Origin: Histomonas meleagridis 2922-C6/04-290x
Lineage: Eukaryota > Protista > Parabasalia
Assembly (NCBI GenBank): GCA_020184695.1
Contig: JAANOX010000268.1
Location: forward strand, 62,001-126,000
Reading direction: 5' to 3'
Length of the DNA stretch: 64,000 nt
Both the position numbers and the translations under genes were made by a program. Positions within the stretch are counted from its first letter, which is position 1. Each line of letters begins with the position of its first letter. Below the pieces are notes generated by a model. It saw only the letters and a program-made list of their open reading frames with translations, was not told the DNA's origin and did not search any database. Of the stretch, positions 1-10,790 are shown piece by piece.

Positions 1-555
1 GTTTAAACGGTTCTACAATTTGTGCAAAAATGCTGATTGAAAATTATCGATAGAAATTATTACCATTCAATATTTATGTGATTTTGAATCTGCAGCGGTT
101 AAGGCTATGTCATAAAAAGCGGTTTTTGACATTTTAAATTTAGAATCAAAAACTTTTATCGTCAAATTCGATAATATTATTCGATAATATACTTTTCAGA
201 TAAATTTCTGAGGAAACTCCTCTTTTTTTAGTTTTGACTTGTTTCCGGAATTGCATTGAAAAATTGTGAGGAAGGAATTGAACAATAACACACGTTTTTC
301 GAACATAAATTTATTAGTATAAAAAGTTCAAAAATAAAAATATATAATATATTTATATTAACATATATCATAAAGAATAAATATTGGTTTACTAAATGTT
401 TTTTTGAGTAATAGTCAAGATATTTGTTGTTTAAAATTTTGAATAATCTATTCAAATCGTAGAGTCGGTTTATGTAAAATTTTAATTCAAAGCGTAATTC
501 AGGATTTTCAATAGATTTTTCAATACAGTCAAGGCGTCTTATTATCTCAAAAGAC

Positions 556-1608
556 ATGTTGCTCAAACCTGTTCCTCAGCTAAGTCTTTCAGAGATTCAG
601 CAACTTCTTCCAGAGCACCGCTATCACTTCGTCAAGGCAATCGGAATGGGTGGATATGGAAGCGTTTTTCTTGTGAAATCTGATAAGTATAATCAATATT
701 TTTGTATCAAAAGAATTAAACAAATAGACCCTAAGAATGATAATACAGAGAATGAGGCATCAACCCTTATAATGTTATGCCATCCTAACATCATTTCAAT
801 GTATGAATACTTTTTCGACCAAACTAAAACAAATTTATATATCGTACTAGAATATTGTAGTGGAGGTTCACTTAAAGATCTGATAGAAAGAGAAGGTCCA
901 ATAAGGCCACCAAAACTTTATTCTTATTGTTATCAAATTTTAAACGCACTTTTACATTGTCATGAACAAAATATTGCACACAGGGACATAAAGCCTGCCA
1001 ATATCCTTATTGATAAATATAACAGACCAAAACTTGCAGATTTTGGATTAAGTAGAAGATTAGAAAAAGGTGAAAATCTTCAAAGCTTTGCTGGATCACG
1101 TCCATTTATGGCTCCTGAAATCATAAGCAGAGAGAATGCAGATCCGTTTCTTGCAGATATTTGGTCACTCGGAGTCACTTTTTTTACTTTAGCATTTGGT
1201 CGACTTCCATGGGGAGTTTCGAATGGAGCGGAATTGGACGCAGCTATTAAGCTCGGTATTATAACATTCCCAACTTTTGCAGACCAAGAATTTTGCAATT
1301 TGATCTCATCCATGGTCGTTGTAAAGCCCTCAAAAAGAAAGCCGATAGCGCAGTTGATGAAGTTGCCACTTTTTGCAGAATATCGGAAACCGTTTTTCCC
1401 TTCTTCTATCCAAGCGCGCAGTCGAATGAATCTTGATACTGGGGATTCTGCGCTGTTTCAAAGGTCTAAATCAACAGTTCAGACTTCTTTGTCACATAAC
1501 AGAATTATTGCAAGTCATAATCGAATAAGATCATATATGTCTGGGCAAAAAATAGAACGGCCAATCCCTTCAAAGAAAGCTATTTTGCACAAGACATTTG
1601 GTATTTAA
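556..1608 (+). CDS. Ser/Thr protein kinase, CAMK-like family (paralog 1)
   Basis: Gly-loop GMGGYG, catalytic HRDIKPAN, DFG, MAPE, DIWSLG; 350 aa. Confidence 0.95.
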   Translation: MLLKPVPQLSLSEIQQLLPEHRYHFVKAIGMGGYGSVFLVKSDKYNQYFCIKRIKQIDPKNDNTENEASTLIMLCHPNIISMYEYFFDQTKTNLYIVLEYCSGGSLKDLIEREGPIRPPKLYSYCYQILNALLHCHEQNIAHRDIKPANILIDKYNRPKLADFGLSRRLEKGENLQSFAGSRPFMAPEIISRENADPFLADIWSLGVTFFTLAFGRLPWGVSNGAELDAAIKLGIITFPTFADQEFCNLISSMVVVKPSKRKPIAQLMKLPLFAEYRKPFFPSSIQARSRMNLDTGDSALFQRSKSTVQTSLSHNRIIASHNRIRSYMSGQKIERPIPSKKAILHKTFGI

Positions 1609-1849
1609 GTTTCATTTTGTTTAAGTAAATGTGTTATTTAATGATTTTTCTTACAAATTTTCTCAAAACAAATATCAGAAACTATGTAAACATTCAGAAA
1701 CAGGTTTTTATGTAAAAAAGTATAAAAATATTTCACTTTCTTGGGAGTGAAGAGATATAACGTCAATGGTCAAAAAATATAAATCGTAATTTAAATAAGT
1801 TGTTTAATAACAAAGATGTAATTTCTAAAATATTTCAAAATTTGTAAAA

Positions 1850-1990
1850 AAATCAAGAAATATCATCACAAATAATTTTGATTTTAATCAAATAATAAAT
1901 CATCGTTTTATGAAGATATGTATTTATTATTAAATAAAATGTTCAACATTGATTTTGTAGTATTTTTTGAACTTATTAATGTTTCAAATA
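1850..1990 (+). pseudogene. Heavily decayed DUF3447/ankyrin-family gene fragment
   Basis: 20-nt exact match (tcaagaaatatcatcacaaa, 1853-1872 = 13125-13144) plus ttgattttaatcaaat shared with the relic at 13.1 kb; no intact frame. Confidence 0.55.
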
Positions 1991-2100
1991 TTAATTATGA
2001 AATTCCAAAAAAAATTAATACAAATAAATATGATACGTTAATGTATAGACTTCAATAGATTGTCAAATTAAGATACAACAAAATTAATAAATTTTTCTTC

Positions 2101-2877
2101 TTAATACAAAAAAGGAATTTCAGATTCAACATCAGATGAAGAAGCATAAACAACAATTTCCTCTCCATGTTTTCTTATTGTAGGACCAATGGAATCCAGT
2201 ATTTCTATTGCACATAGAGATGGATCATTTTTAACAGCATGTGATAATTCATTAATAAAAATCGAATAATTCTTTTTCGATCTATCACTAAGAGGAATAT
2301 CAACCCTTGGTGTTGATGTCATTAAAAGGATTTTTTCTGGTATTTGTTGAGAAAAACGATGAGTTTTTGGCTTTTGGAAGGAAGATGCTGTCATTGAAAA
2401 TGCAAGATTTTGACTTGTTACATCACCAGACCATGATTCAATGGCCGGACATCCATTAATGATAATGGTTATCCTTGATGAGACATTTTTATGTTTTGAA
2501 ATCATTTTATACATTGATGATGGTGTAATTTCTTTATCAAGGATTTTGAGTGGAATTCCATTCTCTGCATTTCCGTCTGGATGATTTATTGGAAATCCAG
2601 TGATAACAATTGATAAATAATCACTAACACTCCTTAGAAAGTATGTCATCCAGTGATAATAATCACTGTATTCTGGCGTATCTAAAAAATATATTTTAAA
2701 ATCGGCTCTTGAAAAAATTTTGGCTGCTTTAACACCATCAAAATAGGCAGATTGATCCATTTTTGATTGTGGTGAAAAAATAACAAAGCAAACACGCTCT
2801 GTTCCGCTAGTGATTTCATATGTTTCCATGTTTTTTAAATTTCTTCCAAGTCTTTGTATTTCCCTCAGCTCATTCAT
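2101..2877 (-). CDS. Metacaspase-like (clan CD, C14) protein with degenerate active site
   Basis: Motif order resembles trichomonad metacaspase-like proteins; SIVITGFP at the YxGHG position and IIINGCP at the D(S/C)CH position; recognised by eye. Confidence 0.55.
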   Translation of the reverse strand: MNELREIQRLGRNLKNMETYEITSGTERVCFVIFSPQSKMDQSAYFDGVKAAKIFSRADFKIYFLDTPEYSDYYHWMTYFLRSVSDYLSIVITGFPINHPDGNAENGIPLKILDKEITPSSMYKMISKHKNVSSRITIIINGCPAIESWSGDVTSQNLAFSMTASSFQKPKTHRFSQQIPEKILLMTSTPRVDIPLSDRSKKNYSIFINELSHAVKNDPSLCAIEILDSIGPTIRKHGEEIVVYASSSDVESEIPFLY

Positions 2878-3169
2878 TGTAACGGATTTAAACGTTTTTT
2901 ATACAAGACTTTAAAGAAATGAAACATCCTCCCCGTAATTTAATGTTGATTTTTGATAAAAAATCACTTAATAAATTGTTATATATTTAGAATACATTAT
3001 TAGATATTATTTTTATGATAGCTATCTGTGATAAATTTTACAGTGATGCAAATCAATATTTACTAAAACCTATTATTTTTATTTTTAATTCATATTTTTA
3101 ATAGATTATCCATTGTTAATTCGAAATTTCAGTAATATTTATATAAACAGCATTGATTTTATATATGTA

Positions 3170-3720
3170 ACACTATTTTGACAATTTAACTATTACCATA
3201 TAACCATTTTCAGATGCGTAACGAAGTGCTGTTTTATTTTAATTAAAACAAATTCCAAATATTTTTTTGAAATATAAAATTATTGAAATAAACTTAATCT
3301 TTAGCATTAATATCAATTCCTTTTTGTTCAAGAAGTGATTTAACTATATCTATTTTACCAGCACGTTATATGGAAATAGGCAAGTTATCATGATCAATAC
3401 ATTCCATCTAAATTTTCTTCTGTGTATGCAAATGATGGATTAATATTTGGTTGAGTTTCTATTATACAATATACACCTGAATTAACTATAACAATAAAAA
3501 TTTTTATAATATTTGTAAAGCTTTTTGCTTTCTTCTTCTTTGGATCGAATGAATTCTAAATATCTTACGTATGCATCAGTCGATGCTTTTTGTGAGCAAA
3601 ATACATTATAAATCATTCTTGATAGTAATAGGTTGATCGAATATGGAAAATTCATTTCAAATATCTTCATTGTGTTCTGAACTGATGTTTCAATATTTTC
3701 ATCAGTTAAATTATATATAA
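3170..3720 (-). pseudogene. Decayed ankyrin-repeat gene
   Basis: Minus strand reads YNLTDENIETSVQNTMKIFE... (N-terminal remnant, ORF 3482-3670) and the ankyrin-like ALRYASENGYMVIVKL near 3180-3230; interrupted by stops. Confidence 0.6.
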
Positions 3721-4328
3721 TTTCTTCAAATGTTTAAGTAAATTAAACTTTTAAAGTTCATTTGTTGAAGACACTGTAAACATCCTTTAATATTCATTTT
3801 CCAGAATTGCAATAACCTCAAAGATATGATGATTCCTGTTTTTATTTTCAATACTTAATGGAAATTTACATTGCCCTGCTTATTATAATGAAGAAGGTTA
3901 CAAAACTCATTTGTTATCCAATAGTAAATATAAATAAAACATAAAATTTTACAATCAATAATGTAATTACATCCACTTTATGCAACGTATTAGTATTTCC
4001 ATATTATATAAATATAGTACAAATTTCAACATATGTAGGGTTAAAAATGATGGTTAAACCTGATGTATGTTTTTATACCAATATGAAATTCAAACAGTGA
4101 TTCAAAAATATACCTTTTCTATTGAAACAATTTTTTTATTCCATGCCATTGTCAAAGAAAAAAAATTAATGAAAATATTCACACATCACAATGAACATAA
4201 AGAATAGAAATATTAAGAATAAGAAGAAAAAATAAATTAGCTTTATTAAATAAATGATAAATAATGTTTTAAAACTGTTTGTGAAATAGGAACTGTAGAA
4301 ACCGTTTAAAAATGTGTTCGTAAAAATA

Positions 4329-6941
4329 ATGTTGCCTTTCGCATTTCTCCTTAGGTTCATAGCTTCTGTAAATCGCTTAAGGTTTCGCACATGCCAGCAA
4401 TCTCCTTTTTGCTCCAGAAACCGTTACTTAGAAAAACAAAATTGGTATTTCATTTCTGATTCAATCAAAACAAAAAACGGAGTATTTGAAGGCATAATAT
4501 ACGACGGCACATACAACAACAAACTTAATTTATTCATATACTTTTTAAGCTGTGGATCTATTCGTGTTCGAATTGATCCAAATGATAAAGAAAAATTCCC
4601 ACGTTTTGATTGTGGAAAAGAACCAACAATTCTTAATCAAGAAGAGCTTGAGAAGCATGTGAATTTTAATGTTCAAAAGGAAAATGACAAAGCTATTCTT
4701 AAAACAGAAGAACTTACAGTTGAAGTTAATTTCAAACCATTTTCAATCGTTGTTTTCGAAAAAGGCGTTAAGAAAATCACACTCAATGCAGAAGATAATG
4801 CAATATTTGAAACACATCGATCCAAAAAAGATCATCCAAAACTCTTCGAAAGTAACTCGTTCAATGGATTTACTGACACGTTCAAGAACGGCCCCACTTC
4901 TGTTGGTATGAATTTTGATTTTCATACTCCAGGAATTAGATTTAGTGGTCTTCCATCACACACTCTTCCTATGACGCTTCCAAATACTTACAAAGTTACG
5001 GATCCAATCCGACTTTTTAATACTGACATTAATAAGTATGAAGTTAATTCTGTAATGGCAATGTATGGTTGTATTCCATTTTTGATGGGTCACTCTCTTA
5101 CTGGTTGTGATTGTGTATTCTGGGGAAATCCTAGTGATACATGGATTGATGTAACCACAGAAGGCTCAAAACGTGTTCGCTTCCTTTCTGAAGGCGGTTA
5201 TATTGACACTTTTATATTTTTTGGTACACCCCAAAAAGTTGTTGACATTTTTACACAACTTACAGGCAAACCTCAGCTCGCACCTCTTTTTTCTCTCGGT
5301 TTTCATCAATGCCGTTGGGGGTATACAACACTTGAAGAGGTATTAGAAGTTGATTCTAATCTTGACAAATCACTTGTTCCACACGATGTTATGTGGCTTG
5401 ATTTAGACCATACTAATGATCGCCGCTATTTTACATTTCATCCTACAAACTTTCGAGACCCAAAGCGTTTATTTGATGCACTTGATCATAACAAACGACA
5501 TTTAACAATTTTAGTAGATCCACATATTCGTGTTGAAGACAGTTACATTATTTATCGTGAAGCTGCAAGTAAAGGACTTTTAATCAAAAGTTCAGATGGC
5601 AGAAATGATTTTATTGGTAAATGTTGGCCTGGCAAAAGTGTTTGGGCCGATTATTTAAATCCAAAAGCACGAAGTTGGTGGGAAACCAATTTTGATTTTA
5701 AAAAGTTCAAAGACAATGCGCTGAATTTACACATCTGGAATGACATGAATGAAATATCAGTATTTGAGTCATCTGAAAACACAGCACCACGTGACCTAAT
5801 ACATTATGGTGGCTATGAAGAACGCGAAGTCCACAACATTTATGGCTTATTGATGGTATCAGCCACTTATGGCGGCCTTGTCAAAAGAGACCAAGAACAT
5901 AACAGGCGACCGTTTATTTTAACACGAGCGTTTTTTGCTGGTGCGCAGAAATATTCATTTGTGTGGACAGGAGATAACTTAGCAAGTTGGGATCAACTCG
6001 CATGTTCTATTCAAATGATAATTTCATATGGAATTTCATCACATGTTTATGTAGGAGCAGATGTTGGCGGATTTTTCAATTCGCCAAATACAAATTTATT
6101 AAGTCGATGGTATAACGTTGGCGCTTGGTTATATCCATTCTTTAGAGTTCATTGTCATCATTTAACAAATCGTAGAGAGATTTATTTATTGAAAGATGAA
6201 AGCTTTGATGTAGCAAGAGATGGTATCATTAATCGATATAAGTTGATTTTATATTGGTACTCTTTGGCAAGAAATGCAAACTTAACAGGAGAGCCCTTAG
6301 TTAGGCCTTTGTGGTGGGAATTTAATGAAGAGCGATTCTTAGACACAGATGACAAGGTGATGTTAGGGAAGTCACTTCTCATCGTTCCATTTTTGAGTGA
6401 AATTCCTCAGAAGACGACCGTTAACTTACCAAACGGTCGCTGGTATTATTACGAATCATTGAAAGAAATTAAAGGGAAAAATGTTGATGTAAAAGATGAC
6501 AGTGGAAGAACAGCAGTGTTTATACGTGGTGGATCAATAATTCCCATCAAAGGAAGAATTAGAAAATCAACAGAACTAATGTTTTGGGACCCATTAACAT
6601 TAATTATCGCTTTGGACGAAAATGAAGAGGCAGAAGGTAATATATATGTTGATGACGGCCTTTCATTTGATTTTGCAAAAGGAAATTATCTTGATAAGAA
6701 ATTGAAATTTACAAATGGAAAACTGAATTCATATTTTGCAGATAACGTATCGCCAAAAAGTGATTTTGTCGCCAAGTACGACGTGATCATTGAAAAGATA
6801 ATTATCACTGGAATGAAAAAAATTCCTTCTAAAATAAATGTAGGTGAAGACAGTCTCGAATTTGTAACTTCTGATGGTATTGTTACAATACATAATCCAA
6901 AAGTTAAGGTGAAAGATGATTTTGAAATCAAATTTTTATAA
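4329..6941 (+). CDS. Glycoside hydrolase family 31, alpha-glucosidase II alpha subunit-like
   Basis: WNDMNE nucleophile, WTGDN acid/base, GADVGGF, FFRVHCH, HQCRWGY; signal-peptide-like MLPFAFLL from ATG 4329 (track start is a GTG). Confidence 0.93.
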   Translation: MLPFAFLLRFIASVNRLRFRTCQQSPFCSRNRYLEKQNWYFISDSIKTKNGVFEGIIYDGTYNNKLNLFIYFLSCGSIRVRIDPNDKEKFPRFDCGKEPTILNQEELEKHVNFNVQKENDKAILKTEELTVEVNFKPFSIVVFEKGVKKITLNAEDNAIFETHRSKKDHPKLFESNSFNGFTDTFKNGPTSVGMNFDFHTPGIRFSGLPSHTLPMTLPNTYKVTDPIRLFNTDINKYEVNSVMAMYGCIPFLMGHSLTGCDCVFWGNPSDTWIDVTTEGSKRVRFLSEGGYIDTFIFFGTPQKVVDIFTQLTGKPQLAPLFSLGFHQCRWGYTTLEEVLEVDSNLDKSLVPHDVMWLDLDHTNDRRYFTFHPTNFRDPKRLFDALDHNKRHLTILVDPHIRVEDSYIIYREAASKGLLIKSSDGRNDFIGKCWPGKSVWADYLNPKARSWWETNFDFKKFKDNALNLHIWNDMNEISVFESSENTAPRDLIHYGGYEEREVHNIYGLLMVSATYGGLVKRDQEHNRRPFILTRAFFAGAQKYSFVWTGDNLASWDQLACSIQMIISYGISSHVYVGADVGGFFNSPNTNLLSRWYNVGAWLYPFFRVHCHHLTNRREIYLLKDESFDVARDGIINRYKLILYWYSLARNANLTGEPLVRPLWWEFNEERFLDTDDKVMLGKSLLIVPFLSEIPQKTTVNLPNGRWYYYESLKEIKGKNVDVKDDSGRTAVFIRGGSIIPIKGRIRKSTELMFWDPLTLIIALDENEEAEGNIYVDDGLSFDFAKGNYLDKKLKFTNGKLNSYFADNVSPKSDFVAKYDVIIEKIIITGMKKIPSKINVGEDSLEFVTSDGIVTIHNPKVKVKDDFEIKFL

Positions 6942-7592
6942 ACAGATTTATTATTATTGAATTTTATCTTTTTAGGTGATTTTAAAACAATTATCGCTAT
7001 GATAAGACTTTTGTATTTGCACAATTTATTTCAGAAAAAGATACGATGATTTTCTTTTTGTCAATTTATTTTCGGTTTTCATTGTTAAACCGTCTCTCTG
7101 AAAATTGAATGTGATTATGACTCCCAGCAACAAGTATAATTTCAAATCCATTTTTTATATTAAATATTAAATTTCTATCTTTTAATTCATAATGTTTGAA
7201 TTTATATTGAGTATATATATCAATTATCCTATTATTGCAAAAAAAACATTATAGTGTATGAAGATATTTTTAGATTGATTTTGTGAGTGCTGTATTTATT
7301 CTAAACAAAATTACATCATTTTGAATTCAAAATTGAATACAAACGGTTATTATCCGGATTGCAGCTAAAAACTTCACAGATTCAATATATCATATTCAAT
7401 TTTTGAATAAATGGTTATGACATTTTCAAGTTGAAAGGTCTGAAAGCGCATTTTGATAGATTTACATTCAATTTTGAATGATTTCTTTAATATTTGAAAT
7501 CTGTCATTAAATTGCTAGCTCAGAATTTTGCTTGAAGCCGTTTTTTTACATAGAAATTCCGAATACAAAAACAAATTGAACCTTGAAGAAAA

Positions 7593-8615
7593 ATGCTCGT
7601 TCCCCAGCTTAGCTTAACTGAAATCCAAGGAATATTACCAGAACATCACTATCACTATATAAAGGCAATAGGAATGGGTGGATACGGAAGTATTTTTCTT
7701 GTTCGTTCAGATCGATATAATCAAGATTTTTGCATCAAGAGAATCCAAAACCCAGAAGGAAAGTTCAGCAACGACACAGAAAACGAGGCTGCAACGTTAA
7801 TTCGTCTTTGTCACCCAAACATTATCTCCATGTATGAATTCTTTTTTGACCAAAATCATGCAACATTATATATGGTACTTGAATATTGTAGTGGAGGTTC
7901 ACTTAAAGATTTAATAGAAAGAGAAGGTCCAATAAGGCCACCAAAACTTTATTCTTATTGTTATCAAATTTTAAACGCACTTTTACATTGTCATGATCAA
8001 AATATTGCACACAGAGACATAAAGCCTGCCAACATTCTTCTTGACAAATATGACAGACCAAAACTCGCAGATTTTGGATTAAGCAAAAAATTCGAAAAAG
8101 GTGAAAGCCTTATTAGCTTTGCTGGTTCACACCCATATATGGCACCCGAAATCATTTGCAGACAGAGTACTGATCCCTTTCTTGCAGATATTTGGTCACT
8201 TGGTGTCACATTCTATACAATTGCATTTGGAATGCTTCCATGGGGAGTCTGTAACGAACATGAAATGGACGTAGCTATTCAGCTCGGTATTATAACATTC
8301 CCATCTTTCGCAGACCAGGACTTTTGCAATCTCATTCGCTCTATGGTTGTTGTAAACCCTTCAAAAAGGAAACCGTTAAAGCAACTTTTGATGTCTCCGA
8401 TTTTCCAAGGCATCAACAAGTATAATTACAGCAGCGTTAAGCCTTTGTTTAATGTGAGCTCGCAAATATTCTCAAAAAGAAGATCAAGTGAAGTTGTTCC
8501 TTCATCTTTCTCACATAACAGAATTTCTTCCCAATATCATCCAATCAAATCATACGCACTGAAGAAGCCTGAAACAAAAGCAAACCACTTGCTTCGTACA
8601 ACTTTTGCAAAATAA
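7593..8615 (+). CDS. Ser/Thr protein kinase, CAMK-like family (paralog 2)
   Basis: Same motifs as 556-1608; colinear paralog about 7 kb downstream. Confidence 0.95.
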   Translation: MLVPQLSLTEIQGILPEHHYHYIKAIGMGGYGSIFLVRSDRYNQDFCIKRIQNPEGKFSNDTENEAATLIRLCHPNIISMYEFFFDQNHATLYMVLEYCSGGSLKDLIEREGPIRPPKLYSYCYQILNALLHCHDQNIAHRDIKPANILLDKYDRPKLADFGLSKKFEKGESLISFAGSHPYMAPEIICRQSTDPFLADIWSLGVTFYTIAFGMLPWGVCNEHEMDVAIQLGIITFPSFADQDFCNLIRSMVVVNPSKRKPLKQLLMSPIFQGINKYNYSSVKPLFNVSSQIFSKRRSSEVVPSSFSHNRISSQYHPIKSYALKKPETKANHLLRTTFAK

Positions 8616-9035
8616 TTATTTTGTTATTTTTAAAAAAGAGCATTTTATGAATTATTAAAAATATCCATGTTTGCTATCTTTTATGTACCACTGCACTTGT
8701 GCTTCTTGTGGAATATGAAACATTTTTCATATGAATTTTTTGTACATTTTTTTCATTTTTACACTTTTTGAATAAACGAAAATTTTGTGCATTTTAACGT
8801 ACAGTCAACAACTAAATCCCAAATCAAATTATTAGTTAATGCTCAAACAAATAACTTTTTACTGATTGATATGTTTTCGATTTGAAACTTATAGCAATTT
8901 TCGGAATTATTCAGTCAATACAATGCCTAATTATAACGAATTAATGATAATGAAATCAAAAATATAAAACAATAACTTCTATTACAAAAATGATTTTGTT
9001 CTTTTAAAAGAAAAGGAACGATAAATTCTGTTCGT

Positions 9036-9428
9036 TTAGAAGAACATGCCAAGGATCTTTCCACCAGCATTCTTTTTACGGGCTTCTTCATGATCAAGAA
9101 TTCCATGTGATGTTGTCAAAACAACATAACCAAATTGACGTGATGGAAGGAGTTTTGATTGCCAATTTTCTAATTCAGTAAGTTGAACATCGAAACGTGG
9201 GCAAATAGCAACACATTTGTTCAAACGTCCAAGTAAGTTGATGATGATCTTTCCTGAACGGTGGTCATCAATAACTTCGAATTCACCAATATATCCACGC
9301 TTCATCATAACCTTTAAGAATTGGATGATAACTTTGCTGCAAGGACGAACAAGAACTTGTCTCTTTCCTTGACGTTCTGCGTTTGTGATTGCCTTAAGTG
9401 CGTCAGCAAGTACTGAAGTTCTGACCAT
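9036..9428 (-). CDS. RPS15A: 40S ribosomal protein S15a (uS8)
   Basis: [12 protein letters not shown]...[11 protein letters not shown]...DDHRSGKI...[15 protein letters not shown]...GGKILGMFF; true start ATG 9428. Confidence 0.97.
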   Translation of the reverse strand: MVRTSVLADALKAITNAERQGKRQVLVRPCSKVIIQFLKVMMKRGYIGEFEVIDDHRSGKIIINLLGRLNKCVAICPRFDVQLTELENWQSKLLPSRQFGYVVLTTSHGILDHEEARKKNAGGKILGMFF

Positions 9429-9432
9429 ACCA

Positions 9433-9437
9433 AAAGG
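9433..9437 (-). promoter_or_regulatory. M5-type core promoter element (CCTTT)
   Basis: ccttCCTTTtggtATG directly upstream of RPS15A; M5 is an Inr alternative described in Trichomonas core promoters. Confidence 0.55.
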
Positions 9438-9600
9438 AAGGACCAAAACCGCCATAACCACCGAACGATACAAGTAATTTGTTGCATTCTTCAGACTTTA
9501 GAAGACATATTTTGGATTTTATCAAACCAAATTCCACTGCACAACAACGAAGTTAAGGTAAGATTTCTAGAAATGTCTAATTAGAAAAAAATCAAATTGT

Positions 9601-10407
9601 TTATTCCAAGTTGATATTAACCTTAGTAACTTTAAATTCATTGTCCTTGGCAAGGACATCACTATACTGGACAAATGGATGCGCTTCTGGTTCTTTCTGT
9701 TCCCATTGATCCGGAGTTAAGAATGAATAGGTTGCCTCTATTGCTTTATATGTAGCAACAAGGAAGTTAGCCGATGTTTTTGTATTACCAATCGATGATG
9801 TAAAAAGATCTTCGAAACCAGCCATTGCTAATAACTTCTTAGCGACAGACCCTGCAACGATTCCAGAACCACGAGGTGCTGGAATAAGCCTTACACGAAC
9901 TGATCCACATTTTCCTGTTACTGTATTTGGTACAGTATGTGGTTGACCAATCTTGTTACCCCAATAACCACGACGAACTGGAAGAATAGAGAGCTTTGCA
10001 TATATTAAAGCACCTTTGATAGCGTTTGCAACTTCTGCAGATGTCTTGATACCAAGACCAATATGTCCATCATAATCACCAACTGCAACAACAGCTTTAA
10101 AGCGAGTACGTTGACCAGCACGTGTTTGTTTTTGAACAGGCATGATTTTCATGACTTCATCTTTTAAATTATCACCTAAGAGTGTATCAATAATTTCTGG
10201 TTCTTTAATTGGCATAGCATGAAGATAAATTTGTTCAATTGATGTAATACGACCAGATGCAACTAAACGACCTAATTTAGTTTTTGGCTGCCATTTATCT
10301 TTTCCTCCTCTATTTTGTGTATTACGTTGTGGGCGTTCACGTTGTTGACGTCCACGCATTCCACTGCTACGTTGTTCTCCTTTTTGTTGTTTTGTTGGTT
10401 CCGACAT
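9601..10407 (-). CDS. RPS2: 40S ribosomal protein S2 (uS5)
   Basis: [43 protein letters not shown]; true start ATG 10407. Confidence 0.97.
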   Translation of the reverse strand: MSEPTKQQKGEQRSSGMRGRQQRERPQRNTQNRGGKDKWQPKTKLGRLVASGRITSIEQIYLHAMPIKEPEIIDTLLGDNLKDEVMKIMPVQKQTRAGQRTRFKAVVAVGDYDGHIGLGIKTSAEVANAIKGALIYAKLSILPVRRGYWGNKIGQPHTVPNTVTGKCGSVRVRLIPAPRGSGIVAGSVAKKLLAMAGFEDLFTSSIGNTKTSANFLVATYKAIEATYSFLTPDQWEQKEPEAHPFVQYSDVLAKDNEFKVTKVNINLE

Positions 10408-10422
10408 TAAACGTAAGGAAGA

Positions 10423-10429
10423 AACCGTT
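10423..10429 (-). promoter_or_regulatory. M3/Myb-type element (AACGGT)
   Basis: taacggttt 16 nt upstream of the RPS2 ATG; the AACGG core recurs near starts at 4300, 7342, 17567, 18751, 18773 and 63639. Confidence 0.5.
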
Positions 10430-10754
10430 AATGTTTCTGAAACATTAAATTGTTTACAAATTGTCACATGTATTTCTTTGTCTTTCTTTCAAGCAAATTC
10501 TTCTATCAAATATGCGTTTTTTTCTTGTAGTGACAACTGTTTTTCATTACATTTTGTCTTGTTTATAAAGAAAAAATATTTTCACACATTAATTTAAATT
10601 GTGAATACTATAATCAATCATTATTATTCTTATACTTATTAATTGATAATAATTATTTCAAATAGTTGAGTTCTTTAGTTTAAAGTCAATTAATTAATGA
10701 GCAAAAGATAAGAAGTGTGGAAGGATAATTTGGTTATAGCCATTCAATTCCCGG

Positions 10755-10760
10755 TCACTT
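10755..10760 (+). promoter_or_regulatory. Initiator (Inr) TCACTT of the dynamin gene
   Basis: Trichomonad Inr consensus 36 nt before ATG 10791; equivalents at 15015-15020 (-), 59400-59405 (+) and 63644-63649 (+). Confidence 0.6.
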
Positions 10761-10790
10761 TTTGTCGGTTATCTAAAACTGACATAGTCA

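Noticed and set aside
164-192. Short direct repeats (attcgataatat twice; also ggatagttttatttc twice near 20538-20580)
   Set aside because: Consistent with local slippage duplications in AT-rich spacers
228-566. 112-aa minus-strand ORF
   Set aside because: Low-complexity AT-rich translation overlapping the kinase promoter and start; no motif
8684-8695. 9-nt match to the tRNA 5' end (gtaccactg)
   Set aside because: Too short, with no cloverleaf; expected by chance
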